Source of the DNA: Phycisphaerae bacterium
GTDB lineage: Bacteria; Planctomycetota; Phycisphaerae; UBA1845; Fen-1342
DNA length: 64,000 nt
NCBI GenBank assembly: GCA_050115495.1
Contig: JASFQK010000015.1
Span: 32,001 to 96,000, forward strand
Reading direction: 5' to 3'
In this document: piece after piece, positions 9,484-19,528 of the stretch
How the letters are laid out: each line of letters starts with the position of its first letter
Numbering within the stretch: position 1 is the stretch's first letter
Position numbers and translations under genes: made by a program
Notes under the pieces: generated by a model
Database searches by the model: none
What the model saw: the letters and a program-made list of their open reading frames with translations, nothing else
Told to the model about the DNA's origin: nothing

Positions 9484-10023
9484 TTACTCCGGTGCCCCAT
9501 CGTCCAAACCATCGCCTGCCGTCACCGATATCGGCGGTACGCAAACGGTGCTGACGACCGTCTCGTCGCCGCGCTGCAATCTGGCGACCCAGAAGCCGGT
9601 GATCTCGCATTCCGCGGGGGCGGGATCCGGGCCCAGGACGACCGACCAGGCAACCTCACCCGTGTACGTGTCGCCGGGGTGCAGGACGATCGGTTTTAGC
9701 TCTGCGAGCAGCGGAATGCTGGCTTCCATGCCCGTTGCCTGGTGACACACATCACCGCCGGCCGCCACCAGCACATGCGTGTTTGCCTTGGGACCGAACG
9801 GCAGAGCGACCTTCAGTATCTGCACCGTAACGCCGGACGTGTTCACGATGTCATACCGAAGGCTGGATGCACCGGCGCTGCCGGCGTCGTGCCGCCACGT
9901 CATGCGCAAAGGCGGGCTGGTCGTTCTCGCGGCTCCCTCCGGCCCGCGGCCTTGGCTGGCCTGGAGAGCCGTCAGTGAGATCACTGCAAGCACGGCCGCG
10001 TAGCAACACATTCCGCGTTTCAC
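9484..10023 (-). CDS. Small secreted hypothetical protein (candidate orphan immunity protein)
   Basis: GTG 10023 with AAGGAGGT RBS; signal peptide; Ig-like LHPGDTYTGEV motif. Confidence 0.65.
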   Translation of the reverse strand: MKRGMCCYAAVLAVISLTALQASQGRGPEGAARTTSPPLRMTWRHDAGSAGASSLRYDIVNTSGVTVQILKVALPFGPKANTHVLVAAGGDVCHQATGMEASIPLLAELKPIVLHPGDTYTGEVAWSVVLGPDPAPAECEITGFWVARLQRGDETVVSTVCVPPISVTAGDGLDDGAPE

Positions 10024-10106
10024 TCAGCACCTCCTTCGGTCCCAGACACGTTGCACGACCGCTCTGCGCGAGCCCGCCCAGCGCGTCCGCCGCGCTGCTT
10101 CGGCGC

Positions 10107-11126
10107 CTAGTTGGTCTGACAGCGGGCCAATGGCCAGTCGGAGTGCGTGTCGAGCATGTCGGTCGACAACTGCGGCCGTTTGCCGCTGTACACGCGGATC
10201 AGCGCGCCGGGCGTGGGAAAACAGTCCGTCTGCCAGCCGGGGCCGCCCCGAAGAAAACGCTGCCACGGGAACGTGCGCGTGCAGCCCATCCTGCGCAGCT
10301 CGTCGTCCGTAAATCGGCGCAGCTCGCCGATCGGCGTTCTCCTGGCCGAACCGTCGCAATAGGCGACGTTGTCGGCCATCAGTTCGCCATGCCAACCCGG
10401 CAGCGGCGGTGTGTCCGGCTCATTGGCGAGCTTCTCCGATGCCGCGTCGAAGAACGGGTCGCAGTACAACACGGTCTGATGAAGCGGGCTCTGGATCGAC
10501 TCGGCCCTGTGGCCCCACGGGCTGCTTGTGAGAAAACATTGCGCGCAGCTACGTGACAGCCAGACGATACCATTGTCAGCAATGCTGTAGCTGTTGCCGA
10601 TGAAGTTGAAGCAGGGGATGTTCGCGGCTTCGCGCGGGGCCCGCGTCTTCCACGTCTCCCGAACACCGGTGTCCGCCGGGCAGTGAAAGACCTCCAGGCC
10701 AGTGGAGTCCGAGCCGGCCAGGTAACCGTTCAGCGGCTTGGTGCGAGCCCCCCAACCGCCGGCGGGATCGGTCATGACCGTCGCGTCACCCTTGCTCGTG
10801 GGCATCGGCACCGTCGCCGTCTGTCCGCCGAAGGAGAATGGCAGCGCCACGCGCCAACCCAACACGCCTTCCGGGAAACCGTCGCCCATTTCCCTAGACA
10901 CCATCATGCGGTGCAGCGGCACGATCTGGTTGCGCGCATCCTCGGCGGCGTAAGCCAGCGTAGCCGCGGCGATATGCTGGAGGTTATCCAGACAGGACGC
11001 CTCTCGCGGCCTTGTCCGCATCCGCAGCACGCCGGCAACCAGTATCGCCAGCACAACCGCGCCGGCCACCAACAATGCCAGCACCTCGACGACGGTTATC
11101 CCTCTGGCGAGACGAATGGCACGCAT
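10107..11126 (-). CDS. Prepilin-type N-terminal / H-X9-DG (DUF1559-like) protein, paralog 2
   Basis: RGITVVEVL pseudo-prepilin N-terminus, CLDNLQHI, FHCPAD, WHGELMADNVAYCDGS; GGGGAG RBS before ATG 11126. Confidence 0.8.
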   Translation of the reverse strand: MRAIRLARGITVVEVLALLVAGAVVLAILVAGVLRMRTRPREASCLDNLQHIAAATLAYAAEDARNQIVPLHRMMVSREMGDGFPEGVLGWRVALPFSFGGQTATVPMPTSKGDATVMTDPAGGWGARTKPLNGYLAGSDSTGLEVFHCPADTGVRETWKTRAPREAANIPCFNFIGNSYSIADNGIVWLSRSCAQCFLTSSPWGHRAESIQSPLHQTVLYCDPFFDAASEKLANEPDTPPLPGWHGELMADNVAYCDGSARRTPIGELRRFTDDELRRMGCTRTFPWQRFLRGGPGWQTDCFPTPGALIRVYSGKRPQLSTDMLDTHSDWPLARCQTN

Positions 11127-11236
11127 GGCCTGCTCCCCGACATCACGACGTGGACGTCTTCCTTTCACGCTCTTCCATACTCCGTGCGACGGAACGTCAC
11201 GCATGGACGGATGAACGAGGCGCCGCACTCTGACGA

Positions 11237-12286
11237 TCACGGCGCCTCGTTGACCTGGTGGTCGTCCAGCGGCCAGCCTTCGTAGTAGGCGACAGGGTCC
11301 TGTGGCATGAGCGGCAATCCGTTGTCGTCGTACACGCGGATGAGGGCACCTGGCGTGGGGTAGCAGTCCATCTGCCAGTCGGGACCGCGTCGCAGGAAGA
11401 CGTACCAGGGGAAGACCTGCGTAACCCCCATAGCCTCGAGTTCTTCGTCCGTGAACTGGCGTAACTCGCCGATCTGCGTCCGCCGGGCCGAGCCGTCGCA
11501 GTAGGCCACGTTGTCAGCCATCAGTTCGCCGTGCCAACCCGGCAACGGTTGAATGTCCGGGTTGCTGGCGAGCCTCATCGTGTACTGCCGGAAGAAGGGG
11601 TCGCAATATAGGATCGTCTCGGAAAGCGGGCTCTCAATCGACTCTGCCGTATGCCCCGCGGGCGTGACCCTGAAGAACGCTTGCGGCGCGAAGTAACCGG
11701 GCCCGGGTTCGCCAGTGATCCACTGCATGCCGGCGGTGGTCATGGTGTAGCTGTTGCCGAGGAAATCAAAATACGGGATGTTTGCCGCCTCGGCCGGGCC
11801 GACGTATCCCCAGTCCTCGACGTACCCAGTGTCCGCCGGGCAGTGAAACGTCTCCAGTCCAACGGAGGCCGGCCCGGCCAGGTAGCGGTTCAGCGGTTTG
11901 GTCTTTGCACCCCAGTAGCCGGCGGGGTCCGTCATCACCGTTATATCGCCGTCCTCTGTTGGCATCGGCGCGGTGGCTGTTCGGCCGCCGAACGAAGACG
12001 GCAGCACCGTGCGCGTGAGCCACAGGGCGTCGGTGAAACCGTCGGCCCCGTGCGTGGACACCATCATGCGATGCATCGGCACCGCCTGGTTGCGCGGGTC
12101 GTCAAGGGAATAGGTGATCGTTGCCGCGCCGATGCGCTGGAGGTTCGCCAGGCAGGAGACACCCCTACCCCGCGCACGCACCCGGCTCGCTCCGGTGGCC
12201 ACCATGGTCAGCAGGACCGCCCCGGCCGCCACGACCACGAGCACCTCGACTGCGGCGACCCCTCTGACCGAACGACTAGCTCTCAT
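11237..12286 (-). CDS. Prepilin-type N-terminal / H-X9-DG (DUF1559-like) protein, paralog 1
   Basis: RGVAAVEVL, CLANLQRIG, FHCPAD, WHGELMADNVAYCDGS; clearly homologous to 10107-11126. Confidence 0.8.
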   Translation of the reverse strand: MRASRSVRGVAAVEVLVVVAAGAVLLTMVATGASRVRARGRGVSCLANLQRIGAATITYSLDDPRNQAVPMHRMMVSTHGADGFTDALWLTRTVLPSSFGGRTATAPMPTEDGDITVMTDPAGYWGAKTKPLNRYLAGPASVGLETFHCPADTGYVEDWGYVGPAEAANIPYFDFLGNSYTMTTAGMQWITGEPGPGYFAPQAFFRVTPAGHTAESIESPLSETILYCDPFFRQYTMRLASNPDIQPLPGWHGELMADNVAYCDGSARRTQIGELRQFTDEELEAMGVTQVFPWYVFLRRGPDWQMDCYPTPGALIRVYDDNGLPLMPQDPVAYYEGWPLDDHQVNEAP

Positions 12287-12676
12287 GCCAAGCTCCCCAG
12301 CGGCACGACGTGGACGTCACCGTCCCTCGCGTCGCCACGCTCACCCCGCGGAACGCCCAATGCGATGTCAAACAAATACACGTCGCCTCTGACAGAACGG
12401 AAGCACCCCGCGGGTGGTCCTCCCGCACCGTCAGCAGAACCGGCATTCAGCACCTCTTGTGCCGCGAGTCCCGCATCCAGTGCCCTTTCGCCCAAGCCTA
12501 GCTCCCCCAACGCGGCGGATCAAGCTGACTACCGCCGCAAACCACGCCGACCGCCGGGCGTCCGGACGCCACCGCGCACGCCAACCCGCCCTCAGGTTGG
12601 CACCCGCCGAACAGCCGACTAGAATCTCTCATCTTCCCGCGGACGCGGGCCGGTCCGCTCCTCATGAGGCTACGTT

Positions 12677-13795
12677 GTGCCACGACAACCACTCAAGATC
12701 CCCTTTCGCCTGGAATCCCTAGCCATCCTGGCGGCGGACGGCACCGTCGACCACGACTGGGAGCCGAAGCTGCCTGACGATGACCTGCGGCGGCTTTATC
12801 GGACGATGCTCGCCTCCCGCCGACTCGACGAACGCTGCCTCCAGCTCCAGCGCCAGGGCCGGCTCGGCACCTACGGGCCCAGCAAAGGACAAGAAGCCGC
12901 CTCGCTCGGCGTGGCCTATGCCCTCCGGCAGACCGACTGGCTGGTACCCTCCTTCCGCGAGACCGCCGGTCTGCTCTGGCGCGGCTGGCCGATGCAGAAC
13001 CTCATGCTCTGGTGGGGTGGCTACGAGGCCGGCAACGTCGTCCCCGACGACATCAACGACCTGCCGCTTTGCGTGCCGATCGCCTCACAATGCCAGTATG
13101 GCATGGGCATCGCCTGGGGCTGCCGGCTGAAGGGCGAGGGGCAGGTCTGCACCACCTTCTGCGGCGACGGCGGGACGTCCGAGGGCGATTTCCACGAAGC
13201 CATGAACTTCGCCGGCGTGTACAACCTGCCGCTGGTCATGGTGGTCCAGAACAACCACTGGGCCATCTCCATCCCCCGCAGCAGCCAGACCGCCGCCCAG
13301 ACGATCGCCCAGAAGGCCATCGCCTACGGCGTCGACGGACTCCAGGTGGACGGCAACGACATCCTGGCCGTAATCGTCGCCACGCGCGAGGCCATCGAAA
13401 AAGCCCGCACCGGCGGCGGCCCCACGCTCATCGAAGCGGTCACTTACCGCCTCAGCATGCACACCACCGCCGACGACCCGAAGAAATACCGCAGCGACGA
13501 CGAGGTCCGCGAATGGGAGCCGCGCGACCCGCTGCTGCGTTTCCGTAAGTACCTGCTGGACCGCGAGTTGCTGGACGAGAAGAGCGAGCAGGCCGTCGAC
13601 GACGGGATCGCCGCCGAACTCAACCAGGCTGTGGACGAGTACCTGGCGGCGAAGGTCGAGCCCTGTGCGTTCTTCGACTACGCCTACGCGGAGAAGACGC
13701 CGGCCCTGTGCCGGCAGGAGGCCGAGCTGCATCGCCATCTGGGCGACGGGCAGCCGGCCGCGGGCGAAGTCGTTCAGCACAACCGGGTCTTGTAG
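12677..13795 (+). CDS. pdhA: Pyruvate/2-oxoacid dehydrogenase E1 alpha subunit
   Basis: LQRQGRLG, GQEA, TPP motif GDGGTSEGDFHE...NN, YRLSMHTTADD. Confidence 0.9.
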   Translation: MPRQPLKIPFRLESLAILAADGTVDHDWEPKLPDDDLRRLYRTMLASRRLDERCLQLQRQGRLGTYGPSKGQEAASLGVAYALRQTDWLVPSFRETAGLLWRGWPMQNLMLWWGGYEAGNVVPDDINDLPLCVPIASQCQYGMGIAWGCRLKGEGQVCTTFCGDGGTSEGDFHEAMNFAGVYNLPLVMVVQNNHWAISIPRSSQTAAQTIAQKAIAYGVDGLQVDGNDILAVIVATREAIEKARTGGGPTLIEAVTYRLSMHTTADDPKKYRSDDEVREWEPRDPLLRFRKYLLDRELLDEKSEQAVDDGIAAELNQAVDEYLAAKVEPCAFFDYAYAEKTPALCRQEAELHRHLGDGQPAAGEVVQHNRVL

Positions 13796-13807
13796 GACGA
13801 GGGTGAC

Positions 13808-14788
13808 ATGGCCGAACTCACGATGGTCAAAGCGATCAACCTGGCCTTGACCGAGGCGATGAACGAAGACCCGCACGTGCTCGTGCTGGGGCAGGACGTC
13901 GGGGCGGATGAGGGTGTCTTTCGCGTTACCGAGGGGCTGCTGCAACGCTTCGGGCCCGACCGTTGCATCGACACGCCGCTGGCCGAAGCCGCCATCATCG
14001 GTGCGGGCATCGGCCTGGCGTTCACCGGTTTCCGCCCGGTGTGCGAATTGCAGTTCGACGGCTTCTCGTTCCAGGCGTTTCACCAGATCGAGAACCACGC
14101 CCGCCGCTTCCGCAACCGCACCCGCGGGCGCTACACCTGCCCGATGGTCGTGCGCATGCCTTGGGGCGGCGGCATCCGAGCCATCGAACATCACAGCGAG
14201 GCCCCGGAAGCGACATACGCCCACCTCACCGGCCTGCACGTGGTCATCCCCTCCGGCCCGCGGAACGCCCGGGCCCTGCTCCGCTCGGCGATCCTCAGCC
14301 CCGACCCGGTCATCTTCTTCGAACCGAAGGCGATCTACCGGGCGTTTCGCGAGGAAGTCCCCGACGAGCCGGAAACGCTGCCCATCGGCCGCGGCACGAT
14401 CGCCCGTCCGGGTCGGCACGTGACGATCATTACGTACGGGGCGCAGGTCCGGCCCGTGCTCGAAGCTGCCGAAGAGCTGCACGAAGACCACGATGTCGAC
14501 GCCGAAGTAATCGACCTGCTCTCCGTCGCCCCGCTCGATGACGCCCTCATCAATGAATCTGTACGAAAGACGGGCCGGGCGGTCGTGGTGCACGAAGCCC
14601 CGCGGCATTGCGGCGTCGGGGCGGAGATTGTGGCGCGGATCGTCGAAGAGAGCCTCGAATACCTCGAAGCCCCGATCCGCCGCGTAACCGGTTTCGATAC
14701 GATCATCCCCTACTTCACGAACGAGCGCGCCTACCTGCCCGACGCGCGGCGGGTTGTGCAGGCCGCTCTGGACACGGTACGGTTCTAG
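13808..14788 (+). CDS. pdhB: Pyruvate/2-oxoacid dehydrogenase E1 beta subunit
   Basis: [32 protein letters not shown]. Confidence 0.92.
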   Translation: MAELTMVKAINLALTEAMNEDPHVLVLGQDVGADEGVFRVTEGLLQRFGPDRCIDTPLAEAAIIGAGIGLAFTGFRPVCELQFDGFSFQAFHQIENHARRFRNRTRGRYTCPMVVRMPWGGGIRAIEHHSEAPEATYAHLTGLHVVIPSGPRNARALLRSAILSPDPVIFFEPKAIYRAFREEVPDEPETLPIGRGTIARPGRHVTIITYGAQVRPVLEAAEELHEDHDVDAEVIDLLSVAPLDDALINESVRKTGRAVVVHEAPRHCGVGAEIVARIVEESLEYLEAPIRRVTGFDTIIPYFTNERAYLPDARRVVQAALDTVRF

Positions 14789-14871
14789 GAACAGCGCACC
14801 GGCTGCCGCCAGCGTGCAGGACGCATCGCCGGGCCATAGCCGGCACGACCGCCGAAACAGGACATCCCGAC

Positions 14872-16179
14872 ATGTTTGAATTCGCATTGCCGGATCTGGG
14901 CGAAGGCATCCACGAGGGGCAGGTTGTCAACGTGCTCGTCAAGGAAGGCGACACCATCGCCGAGTACCAGCCCATGCTGGAGATCGAGACGGACAAGGCG
15001 GCGGTCGAAATCCCGTCGCCGAAGGCTGGCGTCGTCGCCAGCATCCTGGTCAAGCCGGGACAGGTCGTGAAGGTCGGCGAGGTCATGCTGACCATCGACG
15101 AAGCCGGCGGCGACGGCAAGACGGCCAAGGCCGCAGCACCGGCGAAAGCCGCGCCGGCGAAGGCCGCAACCGCTCCCGAGCCGGCAGCCGCTCCAGCCCG
15201 CCCGCCAGCCGCGGCGGCCTCCAAGGAACCCGCACCGTCGCCCGTCGACTCCGTCCCCGTCAGCGGCCCCGTCCCCGCGGCTCCGTCCGTCCGCAAGCTG
15301 GCCCGCGAGCTCGGCGTGGACATCCACCGCGTTCCGACCACCGGTCCCGGCGGACGCGTGCTGAAGAAGGACGTCGAGGCGTTCGCCAAGAACAAGACGG
15401 CCGCGCCGTCAGCGCCCGCCGCTGGCGGTCCCGGCGTCGCCCTGCCCGCTGAGGAGCTGCCCGACTTCAGCCAGTACGGCCCGATCCGCCGCGAGGCCGT
15501 GCCGCAGATCCGCAAGACAATCGCCCGGCAGATGGCCCGCTCGTGGCTGAACATCCCGCGCGTCACGCAGTGCGACGACGCCGACATCACTGAGCTCGAC
15601 CGCAACCGCAAGCGCTACAACGAGGGTCTCAGGGACGGCGCCGCCAAGCTCACCGTAACGGCCATCCTGCTCAAAGCCGTGGCCGCCTCGCTGCGCGAGT
15701 ACCCGCAGGTCAACGCCAGCTACGACGCGGCGACGGCGGAGATCATCTACAAAGATTACATCCACATCGGCCTGGCCGTGGACACGCCGCGGGGGCTGGT
15801 CGTGCCGGTGATCCGCGACGTCGACCGCAAGCCGCTGCCGCTGCTCGCCAGCGAGCTAAACGCCCTCGCCGGCCGTACGCGGCAGGGCCAGTTCGAAATC
15901 GCCGAGCTGCGCGGGGCGAGCTTCACCATCACGAACTACGGCGCCCTGGGCGGCATCTTCGGCACACCGATGGTGAACTTCCCGGAGGCCGCCATTCTCG
16001 GCATGGGCAAGGCGCGGATGCAGGCGGTCGTCTTCGAGGGACAGATCGTCCCCCGCCTGGTCATGCCGCTGTCGCTGTCGTTCGACCATCGCATCGTGGA
16101 CGGTGCCGACGCGGCCCGCTTCCTGACCGACGTGATCCGCTCGTTGGAGAACCCGCTGCGGCTGAATAGCCTGGCGTGA
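14872..16179 (+). CDS. pdhC: Dihydrolipoamide acyltransferase E2
   Basis: Single lipoyl domain (PDLGEG, ETDKA), E3-binding [11 protein letters not shown], catalytic FDHRIVDGA. Confidence 0.92.
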   Translation: MFEFALPDLGEGIHEGQVVNVLVKEGDTIAEYQPMLEIETDKAAVEIPSPKAGVVASILVKPGQVVKVGEVMLTIDEAGGDGKTAKAAAPAKAAPAKAATAPEPAAAPARPPAAAASKEPAPSPVDSVPVSGPVPAAPSVRKLARELGVDIHRVPTTGPGGRVLKKDVEAFAKNKTAAPSAPAAGGPGVALPAEELPDFSQYGPIRREAVPQIRKTIARQMARSWLNIPRVTQCDDADITELDRNRKRYNEGLRDGAAKLTVTAILLKAVAASLREYPQVNASYDAATAEIIYKDYIHIGLAVDTPRGLVVPVIRDVDRKPLPLLASELNALAGRTRQGQFEIAELRGASFTITNYGALGGIFGTPMVNFPEAAILGMGKARMQAVVFEGQIVPRLVMPLSLSFDHRIVDGADAARFLTDVIRSLENPLRLNSLA

Positions 16180-16228
16180 TCGGGCGGCCACCCGCAACCA
16201 GACAACAACCCTTACGCAGGAGAGCAAC

Positions 16229-17647
16229 GTGGTCGTCGGCGAACTCACCGAAGAAACACAATTGTTGGTCATCGGCGGCGGGCCCGGCGGCTACGTCGCC
16301 GCGTTTCGTGCCGCCGACCTCGGCCTGAAGACCACCCTGGTCGACGTGGCCCCCGTCCTCGGCGGCGTGTGCCTCCGCGAAGGCTGCATCCCGTCCAAGG
16401 CTCTGCTGCACGTCGCTCACTTGATCGAGAGTGCGTCGGAAGCAGGAAACCTCGGCGTGACCTTCAACAAGCCGGCCATAGACGTCGACAAGCTCCGCGG
16501 CTGGAAGCAGTCCGTCGTGGATCGCCTCTGCGGCGGCGTCAGCACGCTGGCCAGCAAGCGCAAGATCCAGGTCATCAAGGGCCGGGCAACGTTCGAGGAT
16601 GGCCGCACCGTCCGCATCGAGGGTGACAAGCCGGCCCGGCTCACGTTCCGCCACGCGATCATCGCCACCGGCTCGCGCGCGAAGCGTCTGCCCGAATCGC
16701 TGCTGCCCGCCGACTGCTGCATCGACGCCGCCGGCGCGCTGGCTCTCGAAGATGTGCCGCCGACGCTGCTCGTCATCGGCGGCGGCTACATCGGGATGGA
16801 GCTGGGACAGGTCTACGCCGCCCTCGGCAGCAAGGTGACCGTGGTCGAGGTCCTGCCGCGGATTCTGACCGGCTGTGACGACGACCTCGCCCGCCCGCTC
16901 ATCGCCCGGCTGAAGAAGCAGTTTGCCGCCATTCACACGAACGCCTCGCTCGGCGGCGCACGTCGCGTCAACGGCGAAGTCGAAGTCACGTTCACCGTCG
17001 GCGACAAGGAACACAAGGAGCGCTTCGCACGCGTACTGGCCTCGGTCGGCCGCCAGCCGAACTCGGACAACCTCGGCCTCGAACACACGAAGGTCGTCGT
17101 CAACGAGCGCGGCTTCATCGAGGTGGACGCGTCGCGCCGCACGGCCGACAAGCGCATCTACGCCATCGGCGACGTGGCCGGCGATCCAATGCTCGCCCAC
17201 AAGGCCAGCCGCGAAGGCGTCGTCGCCGCCGAAGCCATCGCCGGTCACAGCGCGGCTGTCTTCGATCCGCAGGCCATCCCGGCCGTCGTCTACACCAGCC
17301 CGGAAGTGGCCTGGTGCGGTGTGACCGAGGCACAGGCGAAAGAACGTGGCTTGTCGGTTAAGATCGGCAAGTTCATGTGGGGCGCGTCCGGGCGAGCGAT
17401 CGCCATGGCGCGGCCCGAAGGCGTGACGAAAGTCATCGCCGACGCCGACACGCAGCGTGTCCTCGGCGTGGGGATTGTGGGTGAGCACGCCGGCGACCTG
17501 ATCGCCGAGGCCGTGCTGGCCGTCGAGATGGGCGCCACGGCGGAAGACCTGGCGATGACCATTCACCCACACCCGGCCACGTCGGAGACGATCATGGAGG
17601 CCGCCGAAGGTGTCCTCGGTTCCGCCATCCACATGTACCGCGGTTAG
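16229..17647 (+). CDS. lpdA: Dihydrolipoyl dehydrogenase E3
   Basis: GGGPGGY, GGVCLREGCIPSK, GGGYIGME, HPHPATSE; AGGAG RBS. Confidence 0.95.
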   Translation: MVVGELTEETQLLVIGGGPGGYVAAFRAADLGLKTTLVDVAPVLGGVCLREGCIPSKALLHVAHLIESASEAGNLGVTFNKPAIDVDKLRGWKQSVVDRLCGGVSTLASKRKIQVIKGRATFEDGRTVRIEGDKPARLTFRHAIIATGSRAKRLPESLLPADCCIDAAGALALEDVPPTLLVIGGGYIGMELGQVYAALGSKVTVVEVLPRILTGCDDDLARPLIARLKKQFAAIHTNASLGGARRVNGEVEVTFTVGDKEHKERFARVLASVGRQPNSDNLGLEHTKVVVNERGFIEVDASRRTADKRIYAIGDVAGDPMLAHKASREGVVAAEAIAGHSAAVFDPQAIPAVVYTSPEVAWCGVTEAQAKERGLSVKIGKFMWGASGRAIAMARPEGVTKVIADADTQRVLGVGIVGEHAGDLIAEAVLAVEMGATAEDLAMTIHPHPATSETIMEAAEGVLGSAIHMYRG

Positions 17648-19409
17648 CCGAGCGCGGCGACCGCGCTCACTCACGCTCGCCATCGCGGCGCTCATGCTGG
17701 CGCCCCTGCTCGGCTGCCTCGCCCCGGCGCTCCGCGAGCCGGCACCGCCCCCTCCCGTTGACGAGCCCGCCGGCGTCCCGATCGAGGACGAAGTCCAGCT
17801 CGCGGGAGCCATTACACTCGCCGACTTCCAGACACCCGACCAGGCCAACTGCTTCCACCTCGTCAGCGCCGACGGCGAGGTCCCCCAGCCTACGACCAGC
17901 CCGCTGCCGGAAACCGCCGACCCGACGCAGCGCTGCCTAGTCGCTCCCTTCAACGCTCCCGACCAGCAGCTCGAACTCGACGTCGCCAGCCTGAGCACGA
18001 CACCCGCGCCGACGGACTGGCACAAGTTCGGCGTCCTGCTGTATCGGCTGCACGCGCAAGGCGAGAGCGCAAACCTGACGCTCATCCTCGAAGCCGGCCC
18101 CGAAGGCCGACAAGTATGGTCCGAGCCCGTACACGCGCACGCTGGTTGGAACCACTTCCAACTCGACCTCGACACCATCGCCCGACAGATCGACCTGAGC
18201 CGTGTTCAACGGCTGTCGTGGCGGTCGGCGGGACCGGGCGCGGTCACGATCCATCTCGACGACCTGCGTCTGGCCAACCGGACGCGCTGGCTGCTGGGCG
18301 AGAGCGCCGAACCGGGCGAGTTATCCGCGTACGCCCGCGGCGGCTGGTTGCACGTGGCGTCCGTCGGCCGATACGAACTCGTGTTTCATGACGGTCTGAT
18401 CGCCGGCTGGTTCGCCGACAGCCCGGGGAACCTGACGGTTGGCTCGGGGCTGGGTCCGTGGCCGGTACCGCTTCCGGCCGGTTGGGCCGCGCAGGAACAG
18501 CCGTCCATTCCCGCAGACATTCGCGCAAGCTCCGACGCGGATCAGGTCCGCGACTGGCGACGCCAGCAGCGGCTGCTCGAAGCGACGCCGTTGCGCGTGG
18601 TCGTCGAGGGTCGGCATAGTCCGGTCGCCGCTGGCGGGACGTCGTCGGTGACGAGCGAACGGAGCTGGCGATACGTCGTGTACGCGGACGGTCGCGTGTG
18701 CGTGCGAACGAGCTACCACCCGGACGCCGAGGTGAACGTGCGCACGGTCGTCGGGCAGGTCGTGGCGCTGTCCGGACGGGCGGAATTCCGGCTCGCCGAG
18801 CCGCCCGCTGTCGATCCATACCGGCCGCCGGCGGCGTACATGCTGCTGACGCGCCCGGGCGAGCAGGGTGCGGACCTGCTCTGGGTGCCGGCTCAGCCGG
18901 AAACGTTCGCTCAGTCACGCGTCTTGCGTGAAGAAACCCCACCCACGCTGCTCGCGCTCACCGGCGATCTGACGGGCACACCGTCTGTCGAGGCGGCCAG
19001 CGCCCTGTTCATCTGGCCGCCGAACCTGGACGACGCGGCGGCCGCGGAGCCTCTCGCCGCCGGTTACCAACGGCCGGTCGCGCTGACGCCGCTGGCCGGG
19101 GAACTCGTCCGCGACGCACCGGGCGATCTCAACGGCGACGGGTTCAATGAAGCGGAAGGCTGCTACGAGCTCGCTCTGCGGCGGGGCGTGCTGCGGTTCG
19201 TGTTCGATCCGGGCGACTTGCCCCGTGAAACGCCGGTCTTTCGCGTCCAAGGCAGCGCCGGCCACCGCTGCTGGATCTACGCCGATGGGCAGGCGCTCAA
19301 GGAGGAGCAGCGTGACGCCGCCGGCCGGCTGATGTTCACGCTACCCGGCACGATCCGCGTAGCGCGGAACGTCGAGGTACACGCCCGCACCACGCCGCCC
19401 AGCCCCTGA
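17610..19409 (+). CDS. Hypothetical lipoprotein with a CBM-like beta-sandwich domain (start uncertain)
   Basis: Long ORF with lipobox LLGC, GWNHFQLDL...IHLDDLRL (CBM-like) and GDLNGDGFNE motif. Confidence 0.65.
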   Translation: MSSVPPSTCTAVSRARRPRSLTLAIAALMLAPLLGCLAPALREPAPPPPVDEPAGVPIEDEVQLAGAITLADFQTPDQANCFHLVSADGEVPQPTTSPLPETADPTQRCLVAPFNAPDQQLELDVASLSTTPAPTDWHKFGVLLYRLHAQGESANLTLILEAGPEGRQVWSEPVHAHAGWNHFQLDLDTIARQIDLSRVQRLSWRSAGPGAVTIHLDDLRLANRTRWLLGESAEPGELSAYARGGWLHVASVGRYELVFHDGLIAGWFADSPGNLTVGSGLGPWPVPLPAGWAAQEQPSIPADIRASSDADQVRDWRRQQRLLEATPLRVVVEGRHSPVAAGGTSSVTSERSWRYVVYADGRVCVRTSYHPDAEVNVRTVVGQVVALSGRAEFRLAEPPAVDPYRPPAAYMLLTRPGEQGADLLWVPAQPETFAQSRVLREETPPTLLALTGDLTGTPSVEAASALFIWPPNLDDAAAAEPLAAGYQRPVALTPLAGELVRDAPGDLNGDGFNEAEGCYELALRRGVLRFVFDPGDLPRETPVFRVQGSAGHRCWIYADGQALKEEQRDAAGRLMFTLPGTIRVARNVEVHARTTPPSP

Positions 19410-19414
19410 CGACA

Positions 19415-19508
19415 GCCCGTTGGAAAAGGGGACTGGCTCCGAGCCGAAAGACCGGCGCTGCCTCGCAAGCCGCGTGACGCGAGGTGCCTGTCCCCTTTTC
19501 CAACGGGC
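19415..19508. repeat. 94-bp palindromic MITE/REP-like element, copy 1
   Basis: Perfect 19-bp terminal inverted repeat GCCCGTTGGAAAAGGGGAC/GTCCCCTTTTCCAACGGGC; lies between convergent genes; homolog at 50353-50446. Confidence 0.85.
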
Positions 19509-19528
19509 CGCCTCGCCAAGGCCGCCGG

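Noticed and set aside
13085..18178. Long antisense ORFs (13085..14887, 16061..18178; likewise 23485..25254, 25268..26857, 45303..47105, 52030..53553, 58197..59864)
   Set aside because: Shadow frames of well-supported genes in high-GC DNA, with no recognisable motifs.
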